A DNA stretch of 60,152 nt. It comes from an uncultured Dehalococcoidales bacterium (lineage in GTDB: Bacteria > Chloroflexota > Dehalococcoidia > GIF9 > AB-539-J10). The stretch lies in the NCBI GenBank assembly GCA_964652095.1, contig CAZZAC010000002.1, positions 1 to 60,152 on the forward strand, read 5' to 3'. The notes below the pieces were generated by a model. The model worked only from the letters and a program-made list of their open reading frames with translations, had not been told where the DNA came from and made no database searches. Every line of letters starts with the position of its first letter. Position 1 is the first letter of the stretch. Positions 18,322 through 28,374 of this stretch are shown here, piece by piece. The position numbers and the translations under genes are program-made.

Positions 18322-18990
18322 TTGGATGACTCCTTTCCCTGTCTATTAATAACAGCAGTGTTCTTGTCTACCGTAATCGCCCTCAACACAGCATCGGTCT
18401 GTTCCTTTACATATGTTTTGAAAGTCCAGTGTTTTCTCAGATGCCAACGCCTGAGGGCCCAGGCATGCCCAAGAACGACTATGTCATGGGCAATCAGCTT
18501 GGGATCATCAATGTTAAACTCACCCCCTTCAATGCCTCTTGTCAGCAACTTCTCAAATACAGTTAATATACGCGCTTCAGAGTCGAAAATGACTTGCCGG
18601 GCATTGCCTGGCAGGTTTTTCATTTCCTGATATGCAAATAGAGTAATGTCTTGGTTGTCGTCATGCCATTCATAAAACTTTCTCATAAGCCCTACAAGAG
18701 CTATCGTCGGGCTTACCATTGCCAACTCATTGGCCCAATCTTCCAGGGAACCCGCCTGTTGTGACATAGTACTATTGATAAATCGAATAGAGGATCTCCT
18801 CTTTTGAACCGAAATAGTGATACAGCGTGCCGGCACTCATCTCGTAAGCTTTAGCCAACTCACGCATATTAGTCCGGTCATACCCTTTCTTAGTAAATAC
18901 TTTTGTAGAGCATCGAACTATATGATTTCTGCGCTCTTTGACTAAAGCCTCGTGACTACTAAAAGTGCGTATTCTGAACTCTTCAGACAA
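18318..18990 (-). pseudogene. TetR-family regulator split by a 1-nt frameshift
   Basis: The N-terminal HTH ORF (18772-18990, ...TLYHYFGSKEEILYSIYQ*) and the C-terminal ORF (18318-18836) are in different frames. Removing one nt near 18774 joins them. Confidence 0.6.
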
Positions 18991-19417
18991 CTTTCACCCG
19001 GATAATTGAACAAACATTCAGTCTACAACTATTGCTCAACTATATCACCAGGTAGGCCTTCCGTCAACAACGTGTGCTAGCTGACCACATGAGCAACACT
19101 GGGTAGCATATTTCAGCAAGTTCCCCTTCAATATACTCTACGGGGACAAGATAGCCCGGGGATTGGTGCGGACAGTTGAAATCATACTCAATAGACCGAA
19201 AAGTTTAGCTTACGCATTTCACCTTAGTGTGCATCCAAGTAACATTTCAAGCTTTTGTTCAGGGTTAGGGTTGTCCAGCTCTACCACGTGCTATAATTCC
19301 TATTATTGATAGGAGCCAGCCACAAGAAACCTTTCTAGTATGGCTTCGTTTCTTGCCTGACACCCGCGACTTTAAAATATGAAATAGCGGTATCCTTTTC
19401 ATTCTTATTGGAGAAAC

Positions 19418-20047
19418 ATGGGGGAAAATACCAAATTTAAGCTGATTATTGGATTTCTGGCAATTCTGGCTTTGATCGTCTCGATTTACGCCCGGTTCAC
19501 ACCCCGGTTTCCAGGCGACCTGTACCTGACGCTCCGTTTGCAATCTTTTGATAATCATTTTTTGCTCTCATTCATGGACTGCGTTTCGTTTATATTTGGG
19601 GGCTGGTCTTCAGTGCTGGTGGTTGTTATCATCGGTATCCTTGTTTGGTGGCGTATAGGTAGGCTGGAGGCCATCATGATTCCGGTCGGGGGATTACTCA
19701 CGCTTGTAAATACAGCATTGAAGCTGGCCATCGGCCGTCCACGGCCCTCGGCGGATCTGGTTCACATCTTATCCCGTGAGCAAGATAATGGATTCCCCAG
19801 TGGGCATGCTTTCTTTGCTATTGTGATCTTGGGACTCCTAGCTTATTTTGCCTTCATCAATCTGAAGAATCGTACCCTACGTATGGTGGTTCTAGCAGGT
19901 TTGATTGCTTTAATTCTCTTAATCGGCACTTCTCGGGTTTACCTGGGAGTCCACTGGCCCAGTGACGTTATAGGAGGCTACCTTATAGGTGGAGTTTTAT
20001 TAACTGCGCTGATCTGGTTTCACCAGACTTACAAGGCCCGTCACTAA
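19418..20047 (+). CDS. PAP2-family phosphatase (membrane)
   Basis: KLAIGRPRP, PSGH and SRVYLGVHWPSDV motifs with multiple TM helices. Confidence 0.8.
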   Translation: MGENTKFKLIIGFLAILALIVSIYARFTPRFPGDLYLTLRLQSFDNHFLLSFMDCVSFIFGGWSSVLVVVIIGILVWWRIGRLEAIMIPVGGLLTLVNTALKLAIGRPRPSADLVHILSREQDNGFPSGHAFFAIVILGLLAYFAFINLKNRTLRMVVLAGLIALILLIGTSRVYLGVHWPSDVIGGYLIGGVLLTALIWFHQTYKARH

Positions 20048-20086
20048 CTAACAGGCGACTTTGAAATCACACAATATGGACTTTAG

Positions 20087-20602
20087 TTACTCGTCATTAG
20101 GTTCTATCAAGCCCAGTTCCAGCAAGACCGCATCTTCTTCAAAACCACAGGTCTTATAGAATCGTCTAGCTTTTGTGTTACTTTTTTCTGTACTGACCTC
20201 AACCTCATAACAGCCGGACTCTCGACACTTATCAATCACAGCCTGGATTAGCTGTTTTCCAATCCCCGCTCCTCGACTGCTTTTGGACACAACCAGTTCA
20301 TCAACCAGCCCGGACGGGCCGGGATGCATCATCGTTTTCCTTATCGTAAAATTCACAAAGCCAAGAAGGCTATCTCTTTGTCTAGCAACAAGTATACATT
20401 GTGCTGGGTCTTTAATAAGAGTACGGAACTTCTCAATCGATTTGTCTACATCAAAACCTTCCGTATCTGCCATGGCTTCCATCAGCTCCGTTAATAACGA
20501 TTTAATCAAAGGAAGGTCAGCTTCCACAACCGGCTCAATTGTAATCTCGGTGGGCACGAGACTCCTCCTGTTTAACTCAATCAATTTCAAACACTGCAAC
20601 AA
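20087..20602 (-). CDS. GNAT-family N-acetyltransferase
   Basis: The acetyl-CoA-binding motif RGAGIGKQLI is followed by ...ARRFYKTCGF. The start codon is uncertain. Confidence 0.8.
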   Translation of the reverse strand: MLQCLKLIELNRRSLVPTEITIEPVVEADLPLIKSLLTELMEAMADTEGFDVDKSIEKFRTLIKDPAQCILVARQRDSLLGFVNFTIRKTMMHPGPSGLVDELVVSKSSRGAGIGKQLIQAVIDKCRESGCYEVEVSTEKSNTKARRFYKTCGFEEDAVLLELGLIEPNDE

Positions 20603-20684
20603 TCAGGCAAATATATGGCTAATGCCTGTTATTAGTAAATCTAACGTTCCGCCCAAAAGTTCAAGGATGTTCATACGTACAGTA

Positions 20685-22628
20685 TTACGTCAGGTTCTCT
20701 ATCAAGACCGGTTCAATCTGATCAGACAAATCGAAGTTGAATATCTTGGAGTAGAAGTAGAGTTCAGCATCGAGAGCCCGCTTAATATTCTGTGCCTTCC
20801 TGAAACCGTGCTGCTCGCCCTGAAACACGACAAAGGCAACCGGTATCCCCTTCTTGCGTAATGCGTTTGCCATCACCTCCGCCTGGTCTGGAGGGACAAT
20901 CTTATCCTCGTCTCCCTGGAAGAAGATGATCGGGCAAGACAGCCGCTCTACGGATCTTATTGGCGAACGTTCTAAATACAAATCACGCCGCGTGGGGTAC
21001 GGGCCAACTAGACGATCCAGGTAGCGTGACTCGAACTTATGCGTGTCCTTGGCCAGAGCTTCCAGGTCGCTCACTCCGTAGTAGCTTGCTCCAGCCTTAA
21101 AGACGTTACGAAAAGCCAGGGCAGCTAAAGTAGTATAACCGCCAGCGCTACCTCCCCTAATGACTGTCCGCTCCCCATCTACTTCACCGCGTTCAATAAG
21201 ATAGCGGGCACAGTTGACACAGTCATCCACGTCGATAATACCCCAACGCCCGTCCAGTCTTTGCCGGTATGCTTTACCGTAACCTGTACTTCCGCCGTAG
21301 TCGACATCGGCAACAGCAAACCCGCGACTGGTCCAGAACTGCATGGACAGATTCAACGTGCTAGACGTGGCGCCGCTTGGTCCGCCGTGGCTCACGATAA
21401 TCAGCGGCGGCCGTTTGTCACTGGGGCCAGTAAAATTGTCGTTCTTCGGCTTGTAGTAGAGCGCATGAGCGGTCAGCCCGCTCTCGGTCGGAAACTCGAT
21501 TGCCTCAGGTAACGAAAGGTACCGGGGGTCAACTTTGACCTCAGTCGAGCGGCACAGCACCTCCGTCTTGCCCCCTGCCAGATCAAGCCGGACAATTGCC
21601 GGAGCTTCGGTTGGCGAACCGGCGAGAAAGACCGCATAGCCGGGGACTGCCTGGACCGATGAAATAGAAGTGTAAGGGGTATCGATTATCTCGAATCTGA
21701 GCGTCACCGTATCGAGGCTTGCAAGACGCCATGCTTCGTTCTTGAAATAGGCGCAGATAAGCTGTCTAGTAGAGGCGAATCCGTAGTTTGATTGCCCGAA
21801 AGTCCAGTGTGGCACCCCGAATTCAGCCTCCATAGGACAGAGCGGTTCGATAAATCCGTCTCTCCAGCGGTAGAGATTCCACCAGCCAGTCCTTTCTGCG
21901 ATGAAGTAAAGTGTACCGTCGGAAGAATATTTCGGCTGGCAGATAGACTCGTCGCTGCCGCCAGCCAACTTTACTGCGTTGGTGATGGCACCGCCTTCTT
22001 CAATCTCACCGACCCAGAGTTCCGTGTAGTCCCAGGGCATATTGGGGTGATTCCAGGTGAGCCAGGCCAGATGAGAGCCATCCGGGCTAACTCTAGGAGA
22101 TGAATAGAAATCATTTCCCGATACCAGTTTTTGAACTTGCCCGGTACCATGGATATTTATTGATGCAAGGTAATTCTCCGGTTCTTTATCATTCTTGGTG
22201 TGATCTTGGCAGACACATATCATTCGCTCGCGGCGGTGGTCGATAATCCCATCGGCATAACGCATACTGCCCTCGTGAGTAATCGGCCACGGAGTAGAAC
22301 CGAAATTCTGGCAGTAAAGACGCTGGTCAGTAAAATTAGAGAAGTAGACCGAACCATTATCTACCTTGAAGGCTCCGCCGCCATACTCATGCACTCTTGT
22401 TCTGGCATTGAATTGCCTCGGAGTGATGTCGCTTTTCCGACCATCGCGCGAACGGCGTACAACCACATACCGTCCTGCTTCTGCCGGACGCATCTCGACC
22501 CAGTATATTTCATCGCCATCGATCTCGATCTGTCCATCGAACCTAATTGTCCCCGATGAGACAAGATCCGATGTTACCTGAGATTTCCAAGAGCCGTATC
22601 CAGATGTTGTGGCTTTTCTTTTTCGCAC
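20685..22628 (-). CDS. S9-family serine peptidase (prolyl oligopeptidase / acylaminoacyl peptidase type)
   Basis: An N-terminal beta-propeller-like region is followed by a C-terminal alpha/beta hydrolase domain with the GGSAGGY nucleophile elbow. Confidence 0.8.
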   Translation of the reverse strand: MRKRKATTSGYGSWKSQVTSDLVSSGTIRFDGQIEIDGDEIYWVEMRPAEAGRYVVVRRSRDGRKSDITPRQFNARTRVHEYGGGAFKVDNGSVYFSNFTDQRLYCQNFGSTPWPITHEGSMRYADGIIDHRRERMICVCQDHTKNDKEPENYLASINIHGTGQVQKLVSGNDFYSSPRVSPDGSHLAWLTWNHPNMPWDYTELWVGEIEEGGAITNAVKLAGGSDESICQPKYSSDGTLYFIAERTGWWNLYRWRDGFIEPLCPMEAEFGVPHWTFGQSNYGFASTRQLICAYFKNEAWRLASLDTVTLRFEIIDTPYTSISSVQAVPGYAVFLAGSPTEAPAIVRLDLAGGKTEVLCRSTEVKVDPRYLSLPEAIEFPTESGLTAHALYYKPKNDNFTGPSDKRPPLIIVSHGGPSGATSSTLNLSMQFWTSRGFAVADVDYGGSTGYGKAYRQRLDGRWGIIDVDDCVNCARYLIERGEVDGERTVIRGGSAGGYTTLAALAFRNVFKAGASYYGVSDLEALAKDTHKFESRYLDRLVGPYPTRRDLYLERSPIRSVERLSCPIIFFQGDEDKIVPPDQAEVMANALRKKGIPVAFVVFQGEQHGFRKAQNIKRALDAELYFYSKIFNFDLSDQIEPVLIENLT

Positions 22629-22777
22629 CAGGTCCTTACTTCAGTTACTCTGGTTGAAATCTAACATACGCATTTGCACCTGTCAAAAATGTTCACTCCC
22701 CAGCTATATTGTCAAATCCTTGAAGATATGTCCAACAAATCGCTAGAAAGTTCAATAAGTGTCGGCTTAGCAGCATG

Positions 22778-23338
22778 CTACTTCATTGACCATCGCTTAA
22801 GCCGTTTTGCCCACTGTTTGCGAAACCTGTCGACCTTGGGGGAAATCACCATCTGGCAGTATGCTTGTTCCGGATGTTGTGAAAAGTAATCCCGGTGGTA
22901 GTCTTCTGCAGGATAGAACTTGTCCAGCGGAAGAATCTGGGTAACAATCGTCTTCTTCCACAAATGAGCTTTATCGAATTCTCCGATGAGCTGCTCGGCA
23001 ACGGCTTTTTGCTCTTCGCTTTGGTAGAAAATAGCTGAACGGTACTGGGTGCCAACATCGCCACCCTGCCGGTTCAGTGTTGCTGGGTCATGGACAGAAA
23101 AGAAGATCTCCAGAATTTCCCGATACGAGATCTTAGAACGATCAAACCTTACCTGGACCGCCTCAGCATGACCAGTTTTACCACTGCAGACCTGCTGGTA
23201 GGTTGGATTGACCGTTGTGCCGCCTGTGTAGCCGGAAACCACACTCTCCACTCCGTTAATTTCTTGGAACACTGCCTCAATGCACCAGAAACAACCGCCG
23301 GCGAGGGTGGCAGTTTCCTGCGAGTTTGCCTGGTTCAT
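22778..23338 (-). CDS. msrA: Peptide-methionine (S)-S-oxide reductase
   Basis: The GGCFWC active site is present. ATG 23338 overlaps the msrB stop (ATGA). Confidence 0.9.
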   Translation of the reverse strand: MNQANSQETATLAGGCFWCIEAVFQEINGVESVVSGYTGGTTVNPTYQQVCSGKTGHAEAVQVRFDRSKISYREILEIFFSVHDPATLNRQGGDVGTQYRSAIFYQSEEQKAVAEQLIGEFDKAHLWKKTIVTQILPLDKFYPAEDYHRDYFSQHPEQAYCQMVISPKVDRFRKQWAKRLKRWSMK

Positions 23339-23784
23339 CCCTTGCTTTCGGGCATGAATCTCAGCGCAATGCCGTTCATGCAATAGCGTTTCCCGGTCGG
23401 TGGCGGACCATCGTCAAAAACATGACCAAGGTGAGAGCCACACCTAGCGCAAAGTACTTCCGTCCGCACCCTCTCGAGACTACGATCAGGCTGCTCGACT
23501 ACATTCAGTGGTGAGACCGGCTCATAGAAGCTGGGCCAGCCTGTTCCTGATTCGAACTTGGCAGCGCTGTGAAAAAGGTCAGTGTCACAACGCACGCACT
23601 TGAAGATACCCGGTTCGTGGATCTGATCAAATGTGCAGGTACCCGGAGCTTCCGTTCCTTTCTTAGTGGTGATTTCATACTGCTCCTGAGTCAACAGCTT
23701 TTCCCACTCCGCATCCGACTTCTCAATTCTTGTTACATTGAGGACTTTGTTTTGCTTGGTATCATAAATCTGGACCACAGTCAT
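23335..23784 (-). CDS. msrB: Peptide-methionine (R)-S-oxide reductase
   Basis: Two CxxC pairs (CVRCDTDLF, CARCGSHLGHVFDDGP) are typical of MsrB. Confidence 0.9.
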   Translation of the reverse strand: MTVVQIYDTKQNKVLNVTRIEKSDAEWEKLLTQEQYEITTKKGTEAPGTCTFDQIHEPGIFKCVRCDTDLFHSAAKFESGTGWPSFYEPVSPLNVVEQPDRSLERVRTEVLCARCGSHLGHVFDDGPPPTGKRYCMNGIALRFMPESKG

Positions 23785-23988
23785 GCCTCCGACTCTCCTG
23801 ACTCCCTAACCATATTATAGCATCGTGTGTGTTAGTTAAGGAATTGCAAAGACTTTTACGAATCAACTGGCACTTGCGCGGAAGCGTAAGTTGAACGAAA
23901 TTCAGAAATGTTGGGGAACAACACGGGCTTTTATTGGATTTCGAACAGGTTGGATTATTCCTCATCCTTACCTAATTCTAATTCCGTA

Positions 23989-24918
23989 CTACAACTCTCC
24001 TGCCTTTGCCATGGTGTCCATCCGTAAGAAGACTTCGGCAACATTCAGCTTAGAGGTGGTGGGGTCTTCGCTGCGGAACTCTCGCCATAGACGTTCCACG
24101 TTGAGCAGAATGCGCTCGCGGTTAGGCCATTGCTTGAATTGCCCCAAGTCGATGTCTTTGGCAGCTTCATCAACGGTCATACCTTTGTCGAATCGTTTCT
24201 TGGCCTCGCGTCGGACAAAGACAAGATAATCGCGACACAGATTCAGCCCCTCCACTCCGCACACCGGCCCATGGCCGGGGACATAGACTTGGGCACCCAG
24301 ATTCGCCATGGCATCCAGGTTCCTGAGCCAGCCAGCAAAGGACCCTTCCATGCCCAGCGGGGTGGAATACAAAAAAATGAAGTCGCCGGCAAAGATGATA
24401 CCCTCCTCGGGTAAATGCACAATTATGTCGCTTGCAGTATGGCCAGGCCCAAAGTGCAGCAGCCGGACTTCCCGCCCATCCATATGCAGTGTAAGCTGCT
24501 TGTCAAAGGTGATATCAGCTGGTGTGACCGCGATTCCCCGGAAATCGAATTCAGGGAAGATGGTATTCAGCAGGCCGGGGTCCATTATACCTGCCTCCAT
24601 TGCCTCATGGCGACAGTAGTCATGCGAGATTATAGTAGCCCCTGCAAACACATGGTTTCCATAAATATGGTCTCCATGGTGATGAGTGTTGATTAAATAA
24701 CGAATTGGCTTATCGGTGATCTTTCTAATCTCGTCCCTGAATTTCTGGGTCAGGCCAACCGTAGCCAGCGAGTCCACGACCACCACATAGTCGTTGCCCA
24801 CAATGAATCCAGCATTGCTCCAGTACCAGGTAGCCTTTGCCTGGATATAGGCATAGATATTGGGAGCCAACTGCTTGACCCCCGATTCCCAGGTCGGAAC
24901 TGTGTATTCCTTGTTCAT
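23989..24918 (-). CDS. MBL-fold metallo-hydrolase
   Basis: The HHHGDH motif is present. ATG 24918 is preceded by AAGGGGGA. Confidence 0.75.
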   Translation of the reverse strand: MNKEYTVPTWESGVKQLAPNIYAYIQAKATWYWSNAGFIVGNDYVVVVDSLATVGLTQKFRDEIRKITDKPIRYLINTHHHGDHIYGNHVFAGATIISHDYCRHEAMEAGIMDPGLLNTIFPEFDFRGIAVTPADITFDKQLTLHMDGREVRLLHFGPGHTASDIIVHLPEEGIIFAGDFIFLYSTPLGMEGSFAGWLRNLDAMANLGAQVYVPGHGPVCGVEGLNLCRDYLVFVRREAKKRFDKGMTVDEAAKDIDLGQFKQWPNRERILLNVERLWREFRSEDPTTSKLNVAEVFLRMDTMAKAGEL

Positions 24919-25002
24919 AGTAGTGTCCCCCTTTCTAACCCTGCTTAATTTCAATCATCCAAGATGCTCGGCAGCGTGCAAAACACCCTGTGGACAGAAA
25001 TA

Positions 25003-26007
25003 TCAACGGGTGAACATGTGCTTCGGCGGTTTCTCTCCAACGTGGTTCCTGAGGATGCCGATACCTTCCACCTCCAGCTCAATGACATCGCCTGGCTGAA
25101 TCCAATGGTTGAGTTCCATACCACAGCCACTCTCCACCGTCCCCGAGCCTAAGAAATCACCGGGATATAGCGTCTCCTCCATGGAAGCAAACTCAATAAT
25201 CTGAGGCCAGGTCCAGTAAGCCGTGCCGCTGTTATTATCCGACCATAACTCACCGTTGATACGGGCCATCATCCGCAGGTTCTTAGGGTCCACCTCTTCA
25301 GGGGTCACCAGGCAAGGCCCCATGATACTACAGGTGTCCTTGCCCTTAGCCGGACCGAGGCCACCTGCCAGCATCTCCTGCAACTGGATATCACGGGCAC
25401 TGATGTCGTTGAAGATAGTATAGCCAGCAATGTACTCCTCTGCTCGTTCTCTTGGGATGTTTTTGCCTTCTTTGCCAATATAGATGCCGTATTCCAACTC
25501 GTAGTCCAGCAAATCGGTGAAGGCAGGCCAGAGAATGACTTCGTCGGGACCAATGATAGTGTCAGGATTACCCTTATAGCATACCGGTATCTCATACCAG
25601 CCTTTGTCAAGCTGCCTTTTCCCTGAAAAGCTGGCATGGCCCTCGAAGGCGAGATAATCCCGAAGTGAATTCGGCCGCGGCACTGGCGCCTTCAGCTTGA
25701 CCTCACTCATCTCATATACTATCTTTTCACCCCGGGGACCAAGCAAGCTGCCTTTGACTTGGTATTTCGCCACATAGTCGAGGGTCATCTCGGCTCTGTC
25801 TTTCCCTTCATCCCCTCTTCGGAAGAAGGCAATCATGTCAGGCGGCAGGATTGCTGCGGCTAGTTCATAGGCCTGAATATTGCCATGCTTATCAGCCAGG
25901 TAGCGCGTATAGCCCATATTAAGATCGATAATCTTATTTTGGTGTATGGCTCCGATGCGTTGTACCTGGCCAACTGATGTGGGAACCCCGAAAGTCACTA
26001 GCTTCAT
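25003..26007 (-). CDS. Fumarylacetoacetate hydrolase (FAH) family protein
   Basis: FAH-family C-terminal domain pattern (YTIFNDISARD, GTVESGCG). Confidence 0.8.
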   Translation of the reverse strand: MKLVTFGVPTSVGQVQRIGAIHQNKIIDLNMGYTRYLADKHGNIQAYELAAAILPPDMIAFFRRGDEGKDRAEMTLDYVAKYQVKGSLLGPRGEKIVYEMSEVKLKAPVPRPNSLRDYLAFEGHASFSGKRQLDKGWYEIPVCYKGNPDTIIGPDEVILWPAFTDLLDYELEYGIYIGKEGKNIPRERAEEYIAGYTIFNDISARDIQLQEMLAGGLGPAKGKDTCSIMGPCLVTPEEVDPKNLRMMARINGELWSDNNSGTAYWTWPQIIEFASMEETLYPGDFLGSGTVESGCGMELNHWIQPGDVIELEVEGIGILRNHVGEKPPKHMFTR

Positions 26008-26176
26008 TCCTTCCTCCTGCCTCCTGTAGCCTCTGTATACTATCGGTTTCTCATATGGTATGTCAAGATCTCACCATGTTGTACAAACCAGGCAAGCGTG
26101 CAATCTCACTCTCAGGTATACTCTGGACCTCTGCCTGGCTGCCTGGGTACTTAGGCAGCCAGTGTGCCTGAAACCT

Positions 26177-28120
26177 TTATAAAGCCAGCCCGGTCCGGTA
26201 TCCTTCACTGGTAGCTTCCAGTATTCTCCGCGGTTCGGAAGAATTGCCTATGCAGTATATTTCAGGGACTTTACCTTCCAAAGCTTTGTATAGGCGATCA
26301 TTTGCCTTGTAGCCGACTGCTATAATGACTGTGTCGGCTGGAATGGTTTCCTTCTTACCCTCAGCAGTAGTTACCTGAACACTGCCTTCCTTTATCTCTT
26401 CACAGGTCGCGCTGGTCAGCAGGGTCACCTTTTTGCTCCTCAGCCCATCCATGAGTCGGCGTCTTGTCATGAATAACATGTCGCTAGCCATCCGTTTCAA
26501 TATTTCTATGATGGTCACCGTCTTTCCCTGTTCCGCCAGATGGTGCCCTGTCTCACAGCCGATCATCCCTCCACCGATGATGACCACATTCTGCCCGGCC
26601 CTGACTTTGCCCGAGAGCACATCCTGAGCAGTAACCACATTTGCTTTATCAATGCCAGGTATGTCAGGCATGGCTGGAGTGCCTCCTGTGGCTATCACAA
26701 CGGCATCTGGATTCCCTTCAGTAACGATTTCAGCAGTGGCATCTGTATTAAGCTTAACTTCCACTCCAGCTTTCTCAACTTGATTGACCAGATAGTCTAT
26801 CCAGGGGAAGATATCGCCCTTAAATGGAGGTAAAGCAGCTGTATTCAGTTGCCCACCCAGCTTCGCATCCTTTTCAAACAGAGTAACCTTGTGACCTCTC
26901 TGTGCCGCCACAATGGCAGCCTGCATGCCGGCCGGACCACCACCCACTACAACCACTTTTTTGGCCTTTCTCACGGGCTTAATTTGGTATGCTTTCTCCC
27001 TGCCCAGCGTGGGGTTGACGACGCAGGTGACACCCTCGCCACGTTCATCGAAGGCCAGCCGTTCAATACACTCCATACAGCCTATGCATGGGATAACTTC
27101 ATCAAGCCTTCCTTCAGCCACCTTATTGGGCAGGTCCGGGTCGGCTAAAAGACGCCTGCCTATGGCTATAAGGTCAGCTTTGCCCTCCTCGAGAATCCTC
27201 TCGCCAAGCTCGAGATCCAGTCTGCCCACTGCAATTACCGGCACGTTGGTCAGCTTCTTGACCTCTTCAGCCAGAGGTACCATAAAGCCCGGGGTATCCG
27301 AAATTGGAGCGGTGGTTATATAAGACCCCACACCATAACCCGATACGTGAAGCGCCTGAGCACCCGCCTCCACCACCAGCGGTACCATCTGTTTGGTCTC
27401 CTCAATGGTAATCCCGTTCTCCACTCCCCATTCCTGGGCATTGAACCTGACCCAAACAGGAAAATCTGGGCCTACTTCCCTTTTAATAGCCTGAAGTATC
27501 TCTACCAAAAATCTTGCCTTATTCTTAACCGAGCCACCGTATTCATCCTTGCGCTGGTTGGTAGCCGAGGAGAGAAAGGCGGCGACAATGTACTGGTGAG
27601 CACCATGAACCTCTACCCCATCAAAGCCAGCCTCCCTGGCAAGTCTGGCAGCCGAAGCAAACCACTTTACCCTTTCAGCAATTTCTTCCACAGTTAATTC
27701 ATGAGGAGGTTCTCCCGAGATACCCATAACTCTGGCGGGCACTATTACCGGGGACGGACTCACCTGCACTACCTTTCCATCCCAGTACTCCATGGTGGAA
27801 TGCATTATCTGGATAGCTATCCTGGCATTGTATTTATGAGCGGCATCCGTCAGTTTTTGCCATCCGGGAATCAACTTATCGTCTCCGAGAGATGCCTGGT
27901 GAGGCGTGGTGCATTGCAGGCTGGGAGCGCTTCCTTCGACAATAATCAATCCTACCCCACCTCTAGCCCTTGCCTCATAATAATCGAGCGTCCGCTGACC
28001 AACAGCGCCGCCTTTTTCGGCATAGTTGGTCCCCATCGGCGGCATGACTATGCGATTCTTCAGGTTCATCTGGCCTATGCTCGTTGGCTCAAAAACTTTC
28101 TTGAATCGAGTTGCAATCAT
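26177..28120 (-). CDS. Old-yellow-enzyme-type NADH:flavin oxidoreductase fused to an FAD/NAD(P)-binding domain (2,4-dienoyl-CoA reductase / enoate reductase-like)
   Basis: The N-terminal OYE TIM-barrel motifs (MPPMGTNY, HGAHQYIV) are followed by a Cys cluster (CIGCMEC) and then GGGPAG and GGGMIGCE dinucleotide folds. Confidence 0.8.
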   Translation of the reverse strand: MIATRFKKVFEPTSIGQMNLKNRIVMPPMGTNYAEKGGAVGQRTLDYYEARARGGVGLIIVEGSAPSLQCTTPHQASLGDDKLIPGWQKLTDAAHKYNARIAIQIMHSTMEYWDGKVVQVSPSPVIVPARVMGISGEPPHELTVEEIAERVKWFASAARLAREAGFDGVEVHGAHQYIVAAFLSSATNQRKDEYGGSVKNKARFLVEILQAIKREVGPDFPVWVRFNAQEWGVENGITIEETKQMVPLVVEAGAQALHVSGYGVGSYITTAPISDTPGFMVPLAEEVKKLTNVPVIAVGRLDLELGERILEEGKADLIAIGRRLLADPDLPNKVAEGRLDEVIPCIGCMECIERLAFDERGEGVTCVVNPTLGREKAYQIKPVRKAKKVVVVGGGPAGMQAAIVAAQRGHKVTLFEKDAKLGGQLNTAALPPFKGDIFPWIDYLVNQVEKAGVEVKLNTDATAEIVTEGNPDAVVIATGGTPAMPDIPGIDKANVVTAQDVLSGKVRAGQNVVIIGGGMIGCETGHHLAEQGKTVTIIEILKRMASDMLFMTRRRLMDGLRSKKVTLLTSATCEEIKEGSVQVTTAEGKKETIPADTVIIAVGYKANDRLYKALEGKVPEIYCIGNSSEPRRILEATSEGYRTGLAL

Positions 28121-28338
28121 CGCTGGCTCCTTCTTTTATTTAAAAATCGTATTCCATTTTTTCCCCAAGTTTACCACAAAACCAGAATCCGCCACCCACA
28201 CTTTTGGTCTCAATCTGCTTTTGTACAACATTATCATACCAACTTCAAAGCCCAGGTGGGGGATTTAGATAAAAGTGCAGGTAGATAATAATGCTCATTG
28301 TGATGGTGAAGAAATTTTTGATAGTTAGAAATTCCTCG

Positions 28339-28374
28339 TTTGGTGCCCTCGGCACAAATGCTATAATCTAGCTA
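28339..28374 (+). promoter_or_regulatory. Extended -10 promoter (TGcTATAAT) predicting a leaderless dnaE mRNA
   Basis: TATAAT lies at 28362-28367 with TG at 28359-28360. ATG 28375 is 7 nt downstream, and no Shine-Dalgarno lies between them. Confidence 0.35.
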
